DNA from: Paramoeba atlantica
Taxonomy: Eukaryota; Protista; Discosea
DNA length: 64,000 nt
Assembly: GCA_977017575.1 (NCBI GenBank)
Contig: CDRNVI010000029.1
Coordinates: forward strand, 930,001-994,000
Direction: 5' to 3'
The position numbers were made by a program, and so were the translations under genes. The notes below the pieces were generated by a model. That model was given only the letters and a program-made list of their open reading frames with translations. It made no database searches and was not told the DNA's origin. Below are positions 49,585 through 59,189 of this stretch, piece by piece. Position 1 is the stretch's first letter, and each line of letters opens with the position of its first letter.

Positions 49585-52224
49585 TTATGTTCCCCACCGC
49601 TTGGCGTTAAATACAGTAACACCCGTAAACTCTTCTTCCGGCGTCGAACATAAAATGGCCACACCTCGTACATTTCGTTTCTCATGTGACCCGTTCATTA
49701 TTCTATTGCTGACTCTCGTGAAAGGAAAAGCTAGTCGAGCTTTTTGAATAGTATATATTTTTAATTCTGCTTCTTCAAAGTGAGTTTCTGCTGCAGCATC
49801 GCCACTGTCTTCTGTGGCAGAAGGGCATTCGTCCGTCTTAGTTTGAAACCCGTGCCAGTGCGCATCGACACATGCTGTGTATTTCTGTCCAAGCGCAATT
49901 TTCGCAAAACCGTCCGGCCCGTATGCAAAAATGTTCGGCAATGAGCGGGAAAAAACCTCCGCAAAGAGTTCACCTTTTCCCGGCTTAAGAATACTAACTT
50001 CGGGAGAAAGTATTACGGCTCGTATTCCCGAACAAGCACTCCTCTTTCCATTTTCTTGACGCAAACGGGTAGAATACACCAATTGACCCATCGACGGGGA
50101 GCACAGTGAAATAAAGTTTAATTGTTGGTCACGCGAAAGGGTAACAATACCGGCAAGTTTTGAAGCGCATGCTTCTTGATCTTTTAACGAATTCGAATCA
50201 GGGTCAGCAGGTTCAGAAAACGGAACTAAAACAACATCTACGATCGCACTACTCTCAAAACAATCCACGGAATCCCTATCCCCCATCCGAATCCTTCCCG
50301 GAATTGCGGAGTACACCACCGTCCTCGTCCCCGCATCCCACACAAAAACACAACTATTCCTATCTGTGATCGCGACCATGTTTTCAAAACAAACCACGCG
50401 CGACACACACTGGCTGCAGGTGAGAACGGCGAATACCTCCCCGTTGGACGGCTCCACTCCCCACACCTTACCATCCGCACACCCGACGATCAGCACCCAC
50501 TCTTGTGAGCCCACTGAGGCAAACCCCATTGTCGTGATCCCGCACACATTTCGGGAAATTCCTCTACTGGTGCCAAACCCCTCCGGAGCCGTAATCGATA
50601 CGTTTGAGGCCGAGGCCTCATACACACGTATCACCCCCAGGGAGATATCCGTAGCATACGACCCCCAGGTTGCGTCACCCGACAACGCTACACATCGCAC
50701 ATTTCCAGGAAGCGCTTTTGTCGAAAACTGGGCTAACGTACGCACTCGTGTCGAAGACGTAAGCTGCCACAGAAACAGTCCCGCTTTTCCAATCCCCAAC
50801 ACCAAAGGACGACAACCCTCAGAAGAACCATACCCAACCGCATACCCTTGACCGGGGTGAACCGCAATCTCATGTTTCACCACATTCCCCCTCATCTCCA
50901 GCCAGCTACGCCCAAACATCTCACGAAACCCCTCCTCACGGTTCGTCACAAAAAGCTCTCCATCTAAACCGGCAGAAATCACACAAAAAGAACCAGAAGC
51001 GGAACCAGCAGAACCACCAGAACCCGCCCTACTCGTCACACAGGTCACATCATTCCAATGGACCCTTCGGGTGCGTCGTCCCACCCGCCACCCCTTCCCC
51101 CCCTCCCCCTCAGCCTCCAGCGTCACCACATCCCGTGCCACCCCGACCCCCACCACGGTCGTGTCCCCCACGAAGGCGACACTCAGCATTGCAGCCCTCG
51201 AGAGGTGAAAGCTGTGGGAGACGAACCCCCCGGCGGTGTCACACACAAAGAGGTCCCCGGTGTGGGTGCCGGCCACCGCGACGGAGGGGTGGGAGGGGTG
51301 GGAGGCCAGGCAGAGGACAGAGGGGACCGTAGGGGGCGTAGTGTGGCCGGCTGCTGCTTTTTGTCCTGCCACACGGAGCAGGATGCTTTTTGAGGGACGG
51401 ATGACAAGGGAGGAAGCACGGCCGATTCGTGTGGTGTTGGTTGTTGTTGCTGTGTTGGTTGTTGTTGCTGTGTTGGTTAACGACAACGATGCATCTTTTT
51501 TTGTGGTCTCGATAAACCGCAGGGTATCAAACACTTGTACACAGCCGTAGTTGTCCCCGAGGAGGAAGGTGGCCCCGTGGGGGGAGGGGGCGACACAGAG
51601 TGCGGCGGTGGCGCTGGGGTGCTTGGTGCCGACCCCGCGGAGGGTGAAGTGTTGGGAGGGGTCGAATACCCGAGTGGTGCCGTCCTCACAGGCGGTGAGG
51701 AGGTAATGGGGGAGGGAGGGGGGAGGGGAGGTTGTGGGGTTGTGGGGAGAAGCATGATTTTGTTGTGGGGGTTGAAAGGTAAGGGTTGTGGCATGAAAGA
51801 AGCCGCCTCCAGAAGGGGGGGTGAGGACTTCTTTTAAAACTAGAGAGCGTGCATCGTAGATGAGGAACTGGCCGGAGAGAGTGGCAGCGACCAGAGATTC
51901 CATTAGCATTGATGCAGAGGCGGTCTCATCTTCCACCATCTCCTGTACACTTTGCGTCGTGGGAGAGGAGACGCACCAGAGAAGGGACCGGATGGTAACG
52001 GATTTCAGACCGCTGGCTTGGACGGCAGGGCGGAAAGGGGTGTAGTTTTTGGCGGTTTTGTCGGATTCGTACTCGACAAGCCTAGATGTGTCCGCCGTTC
52101 GTGTCCATATTTCAATACCCCCGTCATCTCGAACCAGTGCAAGTCGTAGACCGGAGTGGTCGAGGGAAAGAGTGGTTATCCCAACGGGTGGACGGTGTAC
52201 CGGTAACTGGCGAATAGATATCAT
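49585..52224 (-). CDS. UTP4: U3 snoRNP WD40 protein UTP4/Cirhin
   Basis: N-terminal LALVRDDGGIEIW, TIRSLLWC, LVAATLSGQFLIYD, HWNDVTCV and ISAGLDG; multiple WD repeats. Confidence 0.75.
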   Translation of the reverse strand: MISIRQLPVHRPPVGITTLSLDHSGLRLALVRDDGGIEIWTRTADTSRLVEYESDKTAKNYTPFRPAVQASGLKSVTIRSLLWCVSSPTTQSVQEMVEDETASASMLMESLVAATLSGQFLIYDARSLVLKEVLTPPSGGGFFHATTLTFQPPQQNHASPHNPTTSPPPSLPHYLLTACEDGTTRVFDPSQHFTLRGVGTKHPSATAALCVAPSPHGATFLLGDNYGCVQVFDTLRFIETTKKDASLSLTNTATTTNTATTTNTTRIGRASSLVIRPSKSILLRVAGQKAAAGHTTPPTVPSVLCLASHPSHPSVAVAGTHTGDLFVCDTAGGFVSHSFHLSRAAMLSVAFVGDTTVVGVGVARDVVTLEAEGEGGKGWRVGRRTRRVHWNDVTCVTSRAGSGGSAGSASGSFCVISAGLDGELFVTNREEGFREMFGRSWLEMRGNVVKHEIAVHPGQGYAVGYGSSEGCRPLVLGIGKAGLFLWQLTSSTRVRTLAQFSTKALPGNVRCVALSGDATWGSYATDISLGVIRVYEASASNVSITAPEGFGTSRGISRNVCGITTMGFASVGSQEWVLIVGCADGKVWGVEPSNGEVFAVLTCSQCVSRVVCFENMVAITDRNSCVFVWDAGTRTVVYSAIPGRIRMGDRDSVDCFESSAIVDVVLVPFSEPADPDSNSLKDQEACASKLAGIVTLSRDQQLNFISLCSPSMGQLVYSTRLRQENGKRSACSGIRAVILSPEVSILKPGKGELFAEVFSRSLPNIFAYGPDGFAKIALGQKYTACVDAHWHGFQTKTDECPSATEDSGDAAAETHFEEAELKIYTIQKARLAFPFTRVSNRIMNGSHEKRNVRGVAILCSTPEEEFTGVTVFNAKRWGT
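50400..51830. other. GC-skew inversion island 4 (inside UTP4)
   Basis: C-rich about 50400-51200 and G-rich about 51280-51830. Confidence 0.8.
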
Positions 52225-52706
52225 GAAGTCGAAAATTATTCAAAGAATTCTTTTGTCATTTCCTTTTAAAAAAGCATTACATAAAAACATTTATGGTCCC
52301 TGAGAAATATTGTTCAAATTACATCGTACTATACAACACCAATAATTTGTAGTATAGTATATTATTCGAATCAACAAACTCAAGTTTGATGGCAAGTATG
52401 AAATAATAGCTCTGCTGACTCTGCTAATTCGGCATATTCCACAGCTGCGGATTTTTTCAACACCACTTATGACGTGCTGTGACGAATTCGCAAGCAAAAA
52501 ACGAAAGTGACAATTATCATGCAGTGTGTTTCTGAACACAAAAGCAGAGCTTTAGAGCAAAATACCAAGTCGCGCATTGCTCTAAATTGGAAGAAACTAA
52601 ATAATAGAAACCAAACTCATAGGGAAAACCTTGGCTTTACAAATAGGTTCAAATAGGTGTTCTCTACTGCTCCACGTACATACCAGAACCTACTTTGAGC
52701 GGGCTG

Positions 52707-53012
52707 TCAATGTAAAAAAGAAAACAACTCTTGCAAGTAGTAAATCATCTCAATTCGTTGTCTTTGATAATGTTCCTTAAGATCAGCAACAACCTTAGCT
52801 CTCGCGTGCTGCACAGAAATTTCATTTTTCCGTAAGCTTTCTAGTAATTCCCTTTGCTGCAGAAGTGTAATAAAAGATGCTGGTTGCATCAGTTCCTCGG
52901 AAAATGATTGATATAATTGTTTCAAAGTGTTGAATTCATCCCATTCATTTGTGTGGACGAAATCACTAAATAACAAATCGGGTGTCTCAGTCTTAATCCT
53001 GCGACCGGTCAT
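52707..53012 (-). CDS. Hypothetical protein (101 aa, coiled-coil)
   Basis: ATG ORF on the cluster strand with helical composition. Confidence 0.55.
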   Translation of the reverse strand: MTGRRIKTETPDLLFSDFVHTNEWDEFNTLKQLYQSFSEELMQPASFITLLQQRELLESLRKNEISVQHARAKVVADLKEHYQRQRIEMIYYLQELFSFLH

Positions 53013-53461
53013 ATCGTATACTTCTGTATATTTAATACTCGTATATGAATGTAGTGTTAAATGTTATTCTACGTTCATTAAATGTATCAGCATTCTGTAA
53101 ATATATTTTTTTGCCGCTTCGTTAAACACTGGGTATTTTCAATTTAGAAGTCACTCATGTTGCTAGCTTCGCGTTCGGGCGGGCAAATGATTTCCTTTTC
53201 TAAAAAATTCGAACTAAAAATTCGAATTATCGAAATCTTTCCGGATTGCTCCGGACGGTCGCTGGTAAACCAGACCCTTCACAGACAGATTTCGAAGTTC
53301 CGAGGCCTCCTTTACTAGTTTCTGTTTCTCCAAGGCGGCACCAATGTGCTGTTACCAGCACGCTGCGTCGACGAATTGTAAGTCAACACGGCTTACCCAA
53401 GAAGTTTAAAACAAATGTGGTTTCTCGTAGTGTCTCAAATCATCAAAAATACCAGGGGTCT

Positions 53462-54470
53462 CAAAATATATATTATAAACCCCCGTTCATATAAACCGTT
53501 CATATATAAACCCCCGCTATATAATTTATAAACCCCCGCTCACGAATAAGTCACCCCCCTCTTTTTTTTGAACAACGAGGCTTAGGGGGGTTGCGGCACC
53601 ACTTTTTCGTTCAAAATTTTGAGATCTGCACGTTCCCGCTGTTTTTAGACCTCTTCACAGATAACAAATTAAAACTCATTTTTTAATGACGTTTTTACAT
53701 AGTCATGCCAATATTACCCGAAAAATCTCATGTTCTTCGACCAGGGGGGGAGAAGGGGGTCAACATGAAAATGGTGTCACAGATCTTCGCTAGGGGAACG
53801 AGATCTCTCGATTGCAACAAAAATGATGAAAAACAGATAACAAACATTCAATTTTTCACGTGGTGGAATATTTGTCTTCGATTGGTTCTTTCTTGAAACG
53901 GTGATAAATCAACTTTTTTAAGCTGTCCCCTTTACTTTTTGCTTGAAGGGGCCTAAGGGGGTTAAGATATCATTTTCTCGTTCAAAATTCTGAGATCTAT
54001 ACGTTCCCACCACTTTTAGATCATTTTAGAAACTGAAAAAAAAAATATTTTTAGGTTCTATTTTTTTGTATTGTCATAACACACTAATTTAACAAAACAA
54101 ACACTCCGCGGCCAGGGGGCACAATTGGGTCAATATTAAAAAATAGCGGCAAAGATCTTTGCTAGGAGAACGAGGTCTCTCGTTTGCAACAAAAATCAGC
54201 AAAAACGGACAAAAATAATTGAATTTCTCATGGGAGGAGAAGATTTATTTTGTTAAAGTGTGAGAAATTGGTCTCTTGAAAAATGTGAAGAAAGTGATAA
54301 TACATCTATCGGATGCACGCATTTGAGAGTCTTGGTTCCATGCTATGGCGCGCAAAGTCTTTGTGTTGGGAACAGTAAAATGCAACAAAAATGAGCTCAA
54401 ACGGACGCTTGGCTGAAAAGTTAGAGGGGGGTGACTTTTCGCTGTGGGGGGATTATATATATATTTGTAG
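53462..54470. repeat. Non-coding element with inverted ends and an internal ~371-bp tandem duplication (putative non-autonomous DNA transposon)
   Basis: Perfect 15-bp IR AAGTCACCCCCCTCT (53548-53562 / 54423-54437), extended by degenerate TATAAACCCCC motifs. CGTTCAAAATT at 53608/53979 and GCTAGG.GAACGAG at 53789/54161. Confidence 0.7.
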
Positions 54471-54556
54471 TATTTGAAAAAAAAAATAGTACTATATAGT
54501 ACTATACTCCTCTTCTCATTAATTTCTATAAATGCCATTCCTAATTTTTCAGGTTG

Positions 54557-54623
54557 CGCGGTGGTAGTTTTCAACGGGAAGCGCGCAGCCTGAGTGACTT
54601 CTAAGTTGAAAACAACCACCGCG
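54557..54623. repeat. 67-bp hairpin element (19-bp arms), related copy at 60919-60984
   Basis: CGCGGTGGTAGTTTTCAAC ... GTTGAAAACAACCACCGCG, one mismatch. The second copy shares TAGTTTTCAACG..AAGCGCGCAGC..AAACAAC.ACCGCGTTTAA.GAAG. Confidence 0.7.
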
Positions 54624-54838
54624 TTTAACGAAGAGCCTAATTTTTATAGCCCGAAAAGCATTTTTGTCGCAGAGATAGAGAAATTGTGCTCCTCTAGTTT
54701 GTAGAATACAGATCTCCGGGAGGTCACCTCTCTAACAGCGTTTTCTTCCTTCTCTTCGCCGAAATTGAAAACAACGTACCAAATTCGAGGTAGCATCTTG
54801 AATAATACAATTTTTATTTATTAGCATAAAGGATTTTT

Positions 54839-55105
54839 TTATTGCTCGGCCAATGAATCCCTTTGCAATCGCTCAGCGCGAAGCTTCTCCGTGTGCTCTA
54901 CCATTGTGGGATGAGTCATTCCAACAAATTTTCCTTGTTCGTCGTACACGGGTACAATTTCAGGCTTTTTTAACCGTGGAAACGATGTTCTCCGATTCCC
55001 TAACATATACATAAGACCACCGAATGTAACTATAACATATAGGGCCGGGAGATGATATCTCAACTTTCTCCAACCCCGCATATTTTCGTATTCTTTCAAT
55101 ACCAT
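54839..55105 (-). CDS. Small single-TM hypothetical protein (88 aa)
   Basis: ATG at 55105 (MVLKEYENMRGW); TM segment LPALYVIVTFGGLMYML. Confidence 0.6.
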   Translation of the reverse strand: MVLKEYENMRGWRKLRYHLPALYVIVTFGGLMYMLGNRRTSFPRLKKPEIVPVYDEQGKFVGMTHPTMVEHTEKLRAERLQRDSLAEQ

Positions 55106-55350
55106 GGAAGTTTTGGTAGCAAAAGGTTTTATGGAGAAAGAAACGATATAATCCTCCACTAACCAGACTTATACATACACAATTACACACACACACACAA
55201 TTATACTTGTACGTTGCGATGATTGTATAACTACCGCTCTACCCTCGATTTTTCAAAAAAACGTGTAAAATAAAGAGCGAAAAAATAAAGAGAAACACAG
55301 TAATATCGTCACCCCCCTCACTTGTTATTTTACCTATAACAAGATTACAT

Positions 55351-56121
55351 TCATAATCTAGAAGAAAAAAGCTTTGCAATCGTTTCTTCTAGCTGCCTCT
55401 CGTCAAGTTTTTCGGAGATCTGCAGCACATGACTAACCGTAAGAATGGTTTCCGTGGTATCTGCATGCACCCAAACCCGGCCATTCAACCCTATCGCCAC
55501 TTCAAATCGTGCGGCGCGTGACAACGCCTCCAGTACCGCGCTTTTGTCACGCAGCAGGTGTCGGGCATAGTGTGGGGAGACCGCGACCACGTTCCCCCCT
55601 TTCAAGGCCCCAAACTCCCCCTCCCCCGTGACCCAATCCTTGTGAGCCACCCCCACAGAGGCACAGCAGGTAATCTCGGGTTCCATGTCCCGATACGCGG
55701 TAAGCACACGGGCGTAGATCGTGTCCCCGGGATAGAGCCTCGGTCGGTTCTGCCGCGTTGCTCCATCAAACCCCACGTGACTGAGCACCGCGTTGTGGGC
55801 AGTGTTGACATCCACCACGTAGGACCCGGAGACGTCTTTTTGGACGACTCCGACCACCAAGTCCCCCTCTGCTGGGAGGTAGATACGCCCCCGCGTGCGC
55901 ACGCTCACGGTGACGGCATACGTTCCCTGTGTGGGAGGCAGCGCAGAGGATTCCACAGAGAGAATCCCAGCCTTCGTGCAAATTAAAGTAGGAAATTCAG
56001 CGCTTTCTGAAGATGCACGATGCATGACGCCATCTCCCAGAGTGACTTCGCCACTGGTAGAGAGCTCGGCGATGATGTCCCCCGGCAGCACAACGCTGCC
56101 GGAGGCAAGAGAGAGATTCAT
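55351..56121 (-). CDS. RRP40: Exosome complex component RRP40 (S1/KH)
   Basis: VVLPGD, YLPAEGDLVVGVV, FDGATRQNRPRLYPGD.IYARV and EVAIGLNGRVWV. ATG at 56121. Confidence 0.95.
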   Translation of the reverse strand: MNLSLASGSVVLPGDIIAELSTSGEVTLGDGVMHRASSESAEFPTLICTKAGILSVESSALPPTQGTYAVTVSVRTRGRIYLPAEGDLVVGVVQKDVSGSYVVDVNTAHNAVLSHVGFDGATRQNRPRLYPGDTIYARVLTAYRDMEPEITCCASVGVAHKDWVTGEGEFGALKGGNVVAVSPHYARHLLRDKSAVLEALSRAARFEVAIGLNGRVWVHADTTETILTVSHVLQISEKLDERQLEETIAKLFSSRL

Positions 56122-56299
56122 TTTTTCAACTGATTTCTTACAAAAACGAATATAAATATGAAATGTTGTTCGAGCTACATGAAAAAAATATTCGAAAGTA
56201 TTGGGCATTTGCGGTCTATTTTGCCTACTGCATATCGCTAAACTGTACAAAAATGCTTTTTGTAAGAATGATCGTATTGTTTTATCAATTTTAAAATTT

Positions 56300-56391
56300 T
56301 CAGCGTCTTGTTAGGTAGCAAACTCGGTTGGGTCATCAGATGTATGCATTGTATGCACACATTTATGACAAATGCCTCGAGAAATCATCAC
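56300..56391 (-). ncRNA. Candidate box C/D snoRNA, copy 1 (guide to LSU CAAAUGCCUCG)
   Basis: Minus strand: C box GTGATGA, 11-nt antisense CGAGGCATTTG, internal C'-like CTGATGA and terminal D box CTGA; 92 nt. Confidence 0.55.
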
Positions 56392-56522
56392 GAAGAATAT
56401 GAAATAGAACACGCACTCCAATGAATTTTGATGTTCATGCACCCGTTGGCGCAGAGATACAGCCCTTGATGCGACGGCCGCAATGGCGGATGTCGCACCA
56501 AGGGGTATTTGGCACGGACTCT

Positions 56523-56665
56523 GTCGGTAGAGGGGGTCCAGGCAACTCGCTCTCATTTTACGCAGCTGGAGGAGCGTGCTGCAACTGACTCGGTCTCAGT
56601 CGGTAGAGGTGGTCCAGGCAACTCACCACCTCTTTACACAGCCGGAGAGGCGCACTGCAACCGAC
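56523..56665 (-). ncRNA. Two tandem ~67-nt hairpin units (period 76), possible single-hairpin AGA-box H/ACA RNAs
   Basis: Basal stem GTC(G/A)GT/ACCGAC followed within 0-2 nt by AGA on the minus strand; TCC(A/G)G/CTGGA upper pairing. Confidence 0.35.
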
Positions 56666-56763
56666 CGCTGCCTCGGGATGAGACGGAGAAGAGCCACGCC
56701 CAGTGGTCCTCCTTTTTGAAAGTAAGGTCGTAATACGACGTATTGTTTATGAATCCTAAAATT

Positions 56764-56855
56764 TCAGCGTATTGTTAGGTAGCAAACTCGGTTGGCTCAT
56801 CAGATGTATGCATTGTATGCACACATTTATGACAAATGCCTCGAGAAATCATCAC
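56764..56855 (-). ncRNA. Candidate box C/D snoRNA, copy 2
   Basis: Near-identical duplicate of 56300-56391, offset by 464 bp; boxes and guide conserved. Confidence 0.55.
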
Positions 56856-57747
56856 GAAGAATATGAAATAGAGCACCCATTTCAATTAAAAACGTTCCTT
56901 TTGTTACGAAGTTCCAAAGTGACTCTGCCAAACTTGCCAACACTTGATTTTATACGCCATTTGCACCTTGTTGACCCTTTTTATTAGCCATGTCGTTCCT
57001 TCTCCATGCGTCCGCTGATGCAGCCAGGCTCGACCGGAGAACCGTAGAAAGAGGGGGAAAGATACTTTCTCGCGAGTAGCAGCTAACGCTACAGTTAATA
57101 ATATTACAGGCACCACACAACAAGAGTAGGATGCGATTGATCGCCTCAAAATCAAGTTGATAACGCTTCACGGACCCGACCTCCACTACATGGAAACACA
57201 TGCATGGGACACATGAGAGACGTGCATGTACATGTAAACACGAGAGGAACACGAAAGGAATAATGCACAAAAAAACAAGACCCTGTTGCCTCGCCTGCAC
57301 AGCTTAAAACTAACGCAAACTCTCACGCAACACGATCCATGATCTTATCAGCAGGAGACTGTCATCCATACAAGAAAATGTTGATTCATTAGTAAGGGAA
57401 AACTGGATGGCACACGCGGATGAAAAAGGCTATTTCTATCCTTTCTCGATTGTCTGCGAGGTCAGAGCCTTCGAATAATGTCGGATGGTGCGTCGGGTGA
57501 TGGAACTTAGCGATCCCAGCCTTCCGAGTAAATTCTGTGTATGAATACCTAAAGTGACATTACTCGGAGTACTATACTAATTACAGAATTGATGCTTTAT
57601 TCTTTTAACATGTAACCTAGAGAGTCGAATTAAGAGCCAAAGGCAGAAAGACGGCAAATTTCGAAAATGCTTAGAGCGCTATACTGTAGTGATTTCTGCC
57701 AATGTAGTACATTGGACTTATAGTTTTACAAAACCATAATGTAAAGA

Positions 57748-58323
57748 TTATTGTCCTCTCCTTTGAAATCGAGTGCTTTGCTGTTCTGTACTTACGAAGT
57801 GAGACGCTGTATTTATCCCTTTACTTGTCAAAAAAGATTCATATTCCTCATCGGTGGGTATTTGCCTAATAGAATCTGCACTATTTGACCCCCCTCTTTC
57901 ATTTGCTGGTGGATATACTTCTTTCAAAATCGCAGTCGAACTTGCGTTATTACTATCATCACTGCAAACAGGAAATGGTCCATCCTTACCGTAGCGCCAA
58001 TATTTCGAAAAATATGCCCAGGCCAAAAGAATTCCGGACACCGATTTCGCGTCGGCCACTTCGATATCCGCGTCCGATAAATTCTGTAGCTCTTTCCAGG
58101 CAAATAACAAAATCGCCTTTCTATCGGTTGTTTCGGCTTTTAAGTGTAATCTTTTCAGATGTCCCAATCTAACAGCAATGCCAGATGAAAACTTTTTTAC
58201 ACTATCGGTATTACTCGGTTCACTTGAAGTTTCTTTTGCGTTATGAATTAATGGTGAAGATTTTAGCGACCCTGAGTAAAATTGATAGGAAGACCGTATT
58301 AGAAGTCTATCACTGCATTTCAT
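57748..58323 (-). CDS. Hypothetical protein, probable mitochondrial presequence
   Basis: 191-aa ATG ORF with an aromatic core (LLAWAYFSKYWRYGKDGP); family not recognised. Confidence 0.6.
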   Translation of the reverse strand: MKCSDRLLIRSSYQFYSGSLKSSPLIHNAKETSSEPSNTDSVKKFSSGIAVRLGHLKRLHLKAETTDRKAILLFAWKELQNLSDADIEVADAKSVSGILLAWAYFSKYWRYGKDGPFPVCSDDSNNASSTAILKEVYPPANERGGSNSADSIRQIPTDEEYESFLTSKGINTASHFVSTEQQSTRFQRRGQ

Positions 58324-58689
58324 CCGAAAGGCCGTACGGTACAGGTTCCTGTTACCAAATATACTCCTTACAATATACCTGCTTTACACAAGATAAACTA
58401 CTAGAAATGCTCCGCCGTTCAATTACACATTGATGGTAATATGGTTGGTTAAGAGAAGACTAATTTTTTGACTTGGGTTTAAAAGGAAAGGAAATCAAGA
58501 AGGAAAAGTCACACATTGATAATAATCAAAGCCAATGGAAGGATTAAAGTCGCGGAAACGCAGAGCGTGTTGCACTCCGATATGCAAGAAGCAGCTCTAG
58601 TAATACAACTCTAGCAACTTTATGCATTCTGCGGGCGAAACGTCCACGTAGAATCAAAAGGCAAACTGAGAACAATGTGATCAAATTAG

Positions 58690-58881
58690 CTAATCTGACC
58701 ACTGACCCGTTTTTCGGGTTTCATTAGCGATCTCTGCATTTTTATTGGCGTCCTGATTGGCCAAACAGTAAGCTTGTGAAACAGGATCCATACAGGGGAT
58801 TGGAACTGCGCTATTCCGACGAAATTCCTCCAAATCATCCGGTACACCGATGTCAATTTTGGTAAGCGGTCGACGAATCAT
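58690..58881 (-). CDS. CDC26: Anaphase-promoting complex subunit CDC26/APC12-like
   Basis: N-terminus MIRRPLTKIDIGVPDDLEEF matches the CDC26 signature M(L/I)RR.PT.(L/I).L..DD(I/L).E(F/Y); 63 aa. Confidence 0.65.
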   Translation of the reverse strand: MIRRPLTKIDIGVPDDLEEFRRNSAVPIPCMDPVSQAYCLANQDANKNAEIANETRKTGQWSD

Positions 58882-59189
58882 TCTGATTATTTACATAACA
58901 ATTGTTGCTTATCAATTGAAGAATGCTAGTATGGTACAATTTACACTGGCGGAAAGGACGAGGGTGTAATAATAATCGAAAGGTACAAGCATCGCCTATT
59001 ATCTGCCTACTTCGCACATACATCTTCACTTACTCTTACTTACACTTGTATACATCTTCAATTAGTGACACAAATCGTACGACACAAATCATAGTGATAC
59101 TATGACGAAAAATAAGTTGTTATAAATGCTTCCGTCAATTGAACCGATACTGTAACTAGAAACTATGTCTGAGTTTGCAGATTAGAAAA

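Noticed and set aside
56333-56340. CTGATGA (minus strand) as a hammerhead ribozyme core
   Set aside because: No stem II closing onto a GAAA; better explained as a snoRNA C' box.
56904-57300. ORFs 56904-57155 and 56950-57300
   Set aside because: Start at TTG/GTG with no suitable ATG, overlap each other, and show no recognisable motifs.
57308-57316. AACTAACGC, the first 9 nt of the kinetoplastid spliced leader
   Set aside because: The match stops after 9 nt; no CAGTTTCTGTA or GT donor follows; expected by chance.
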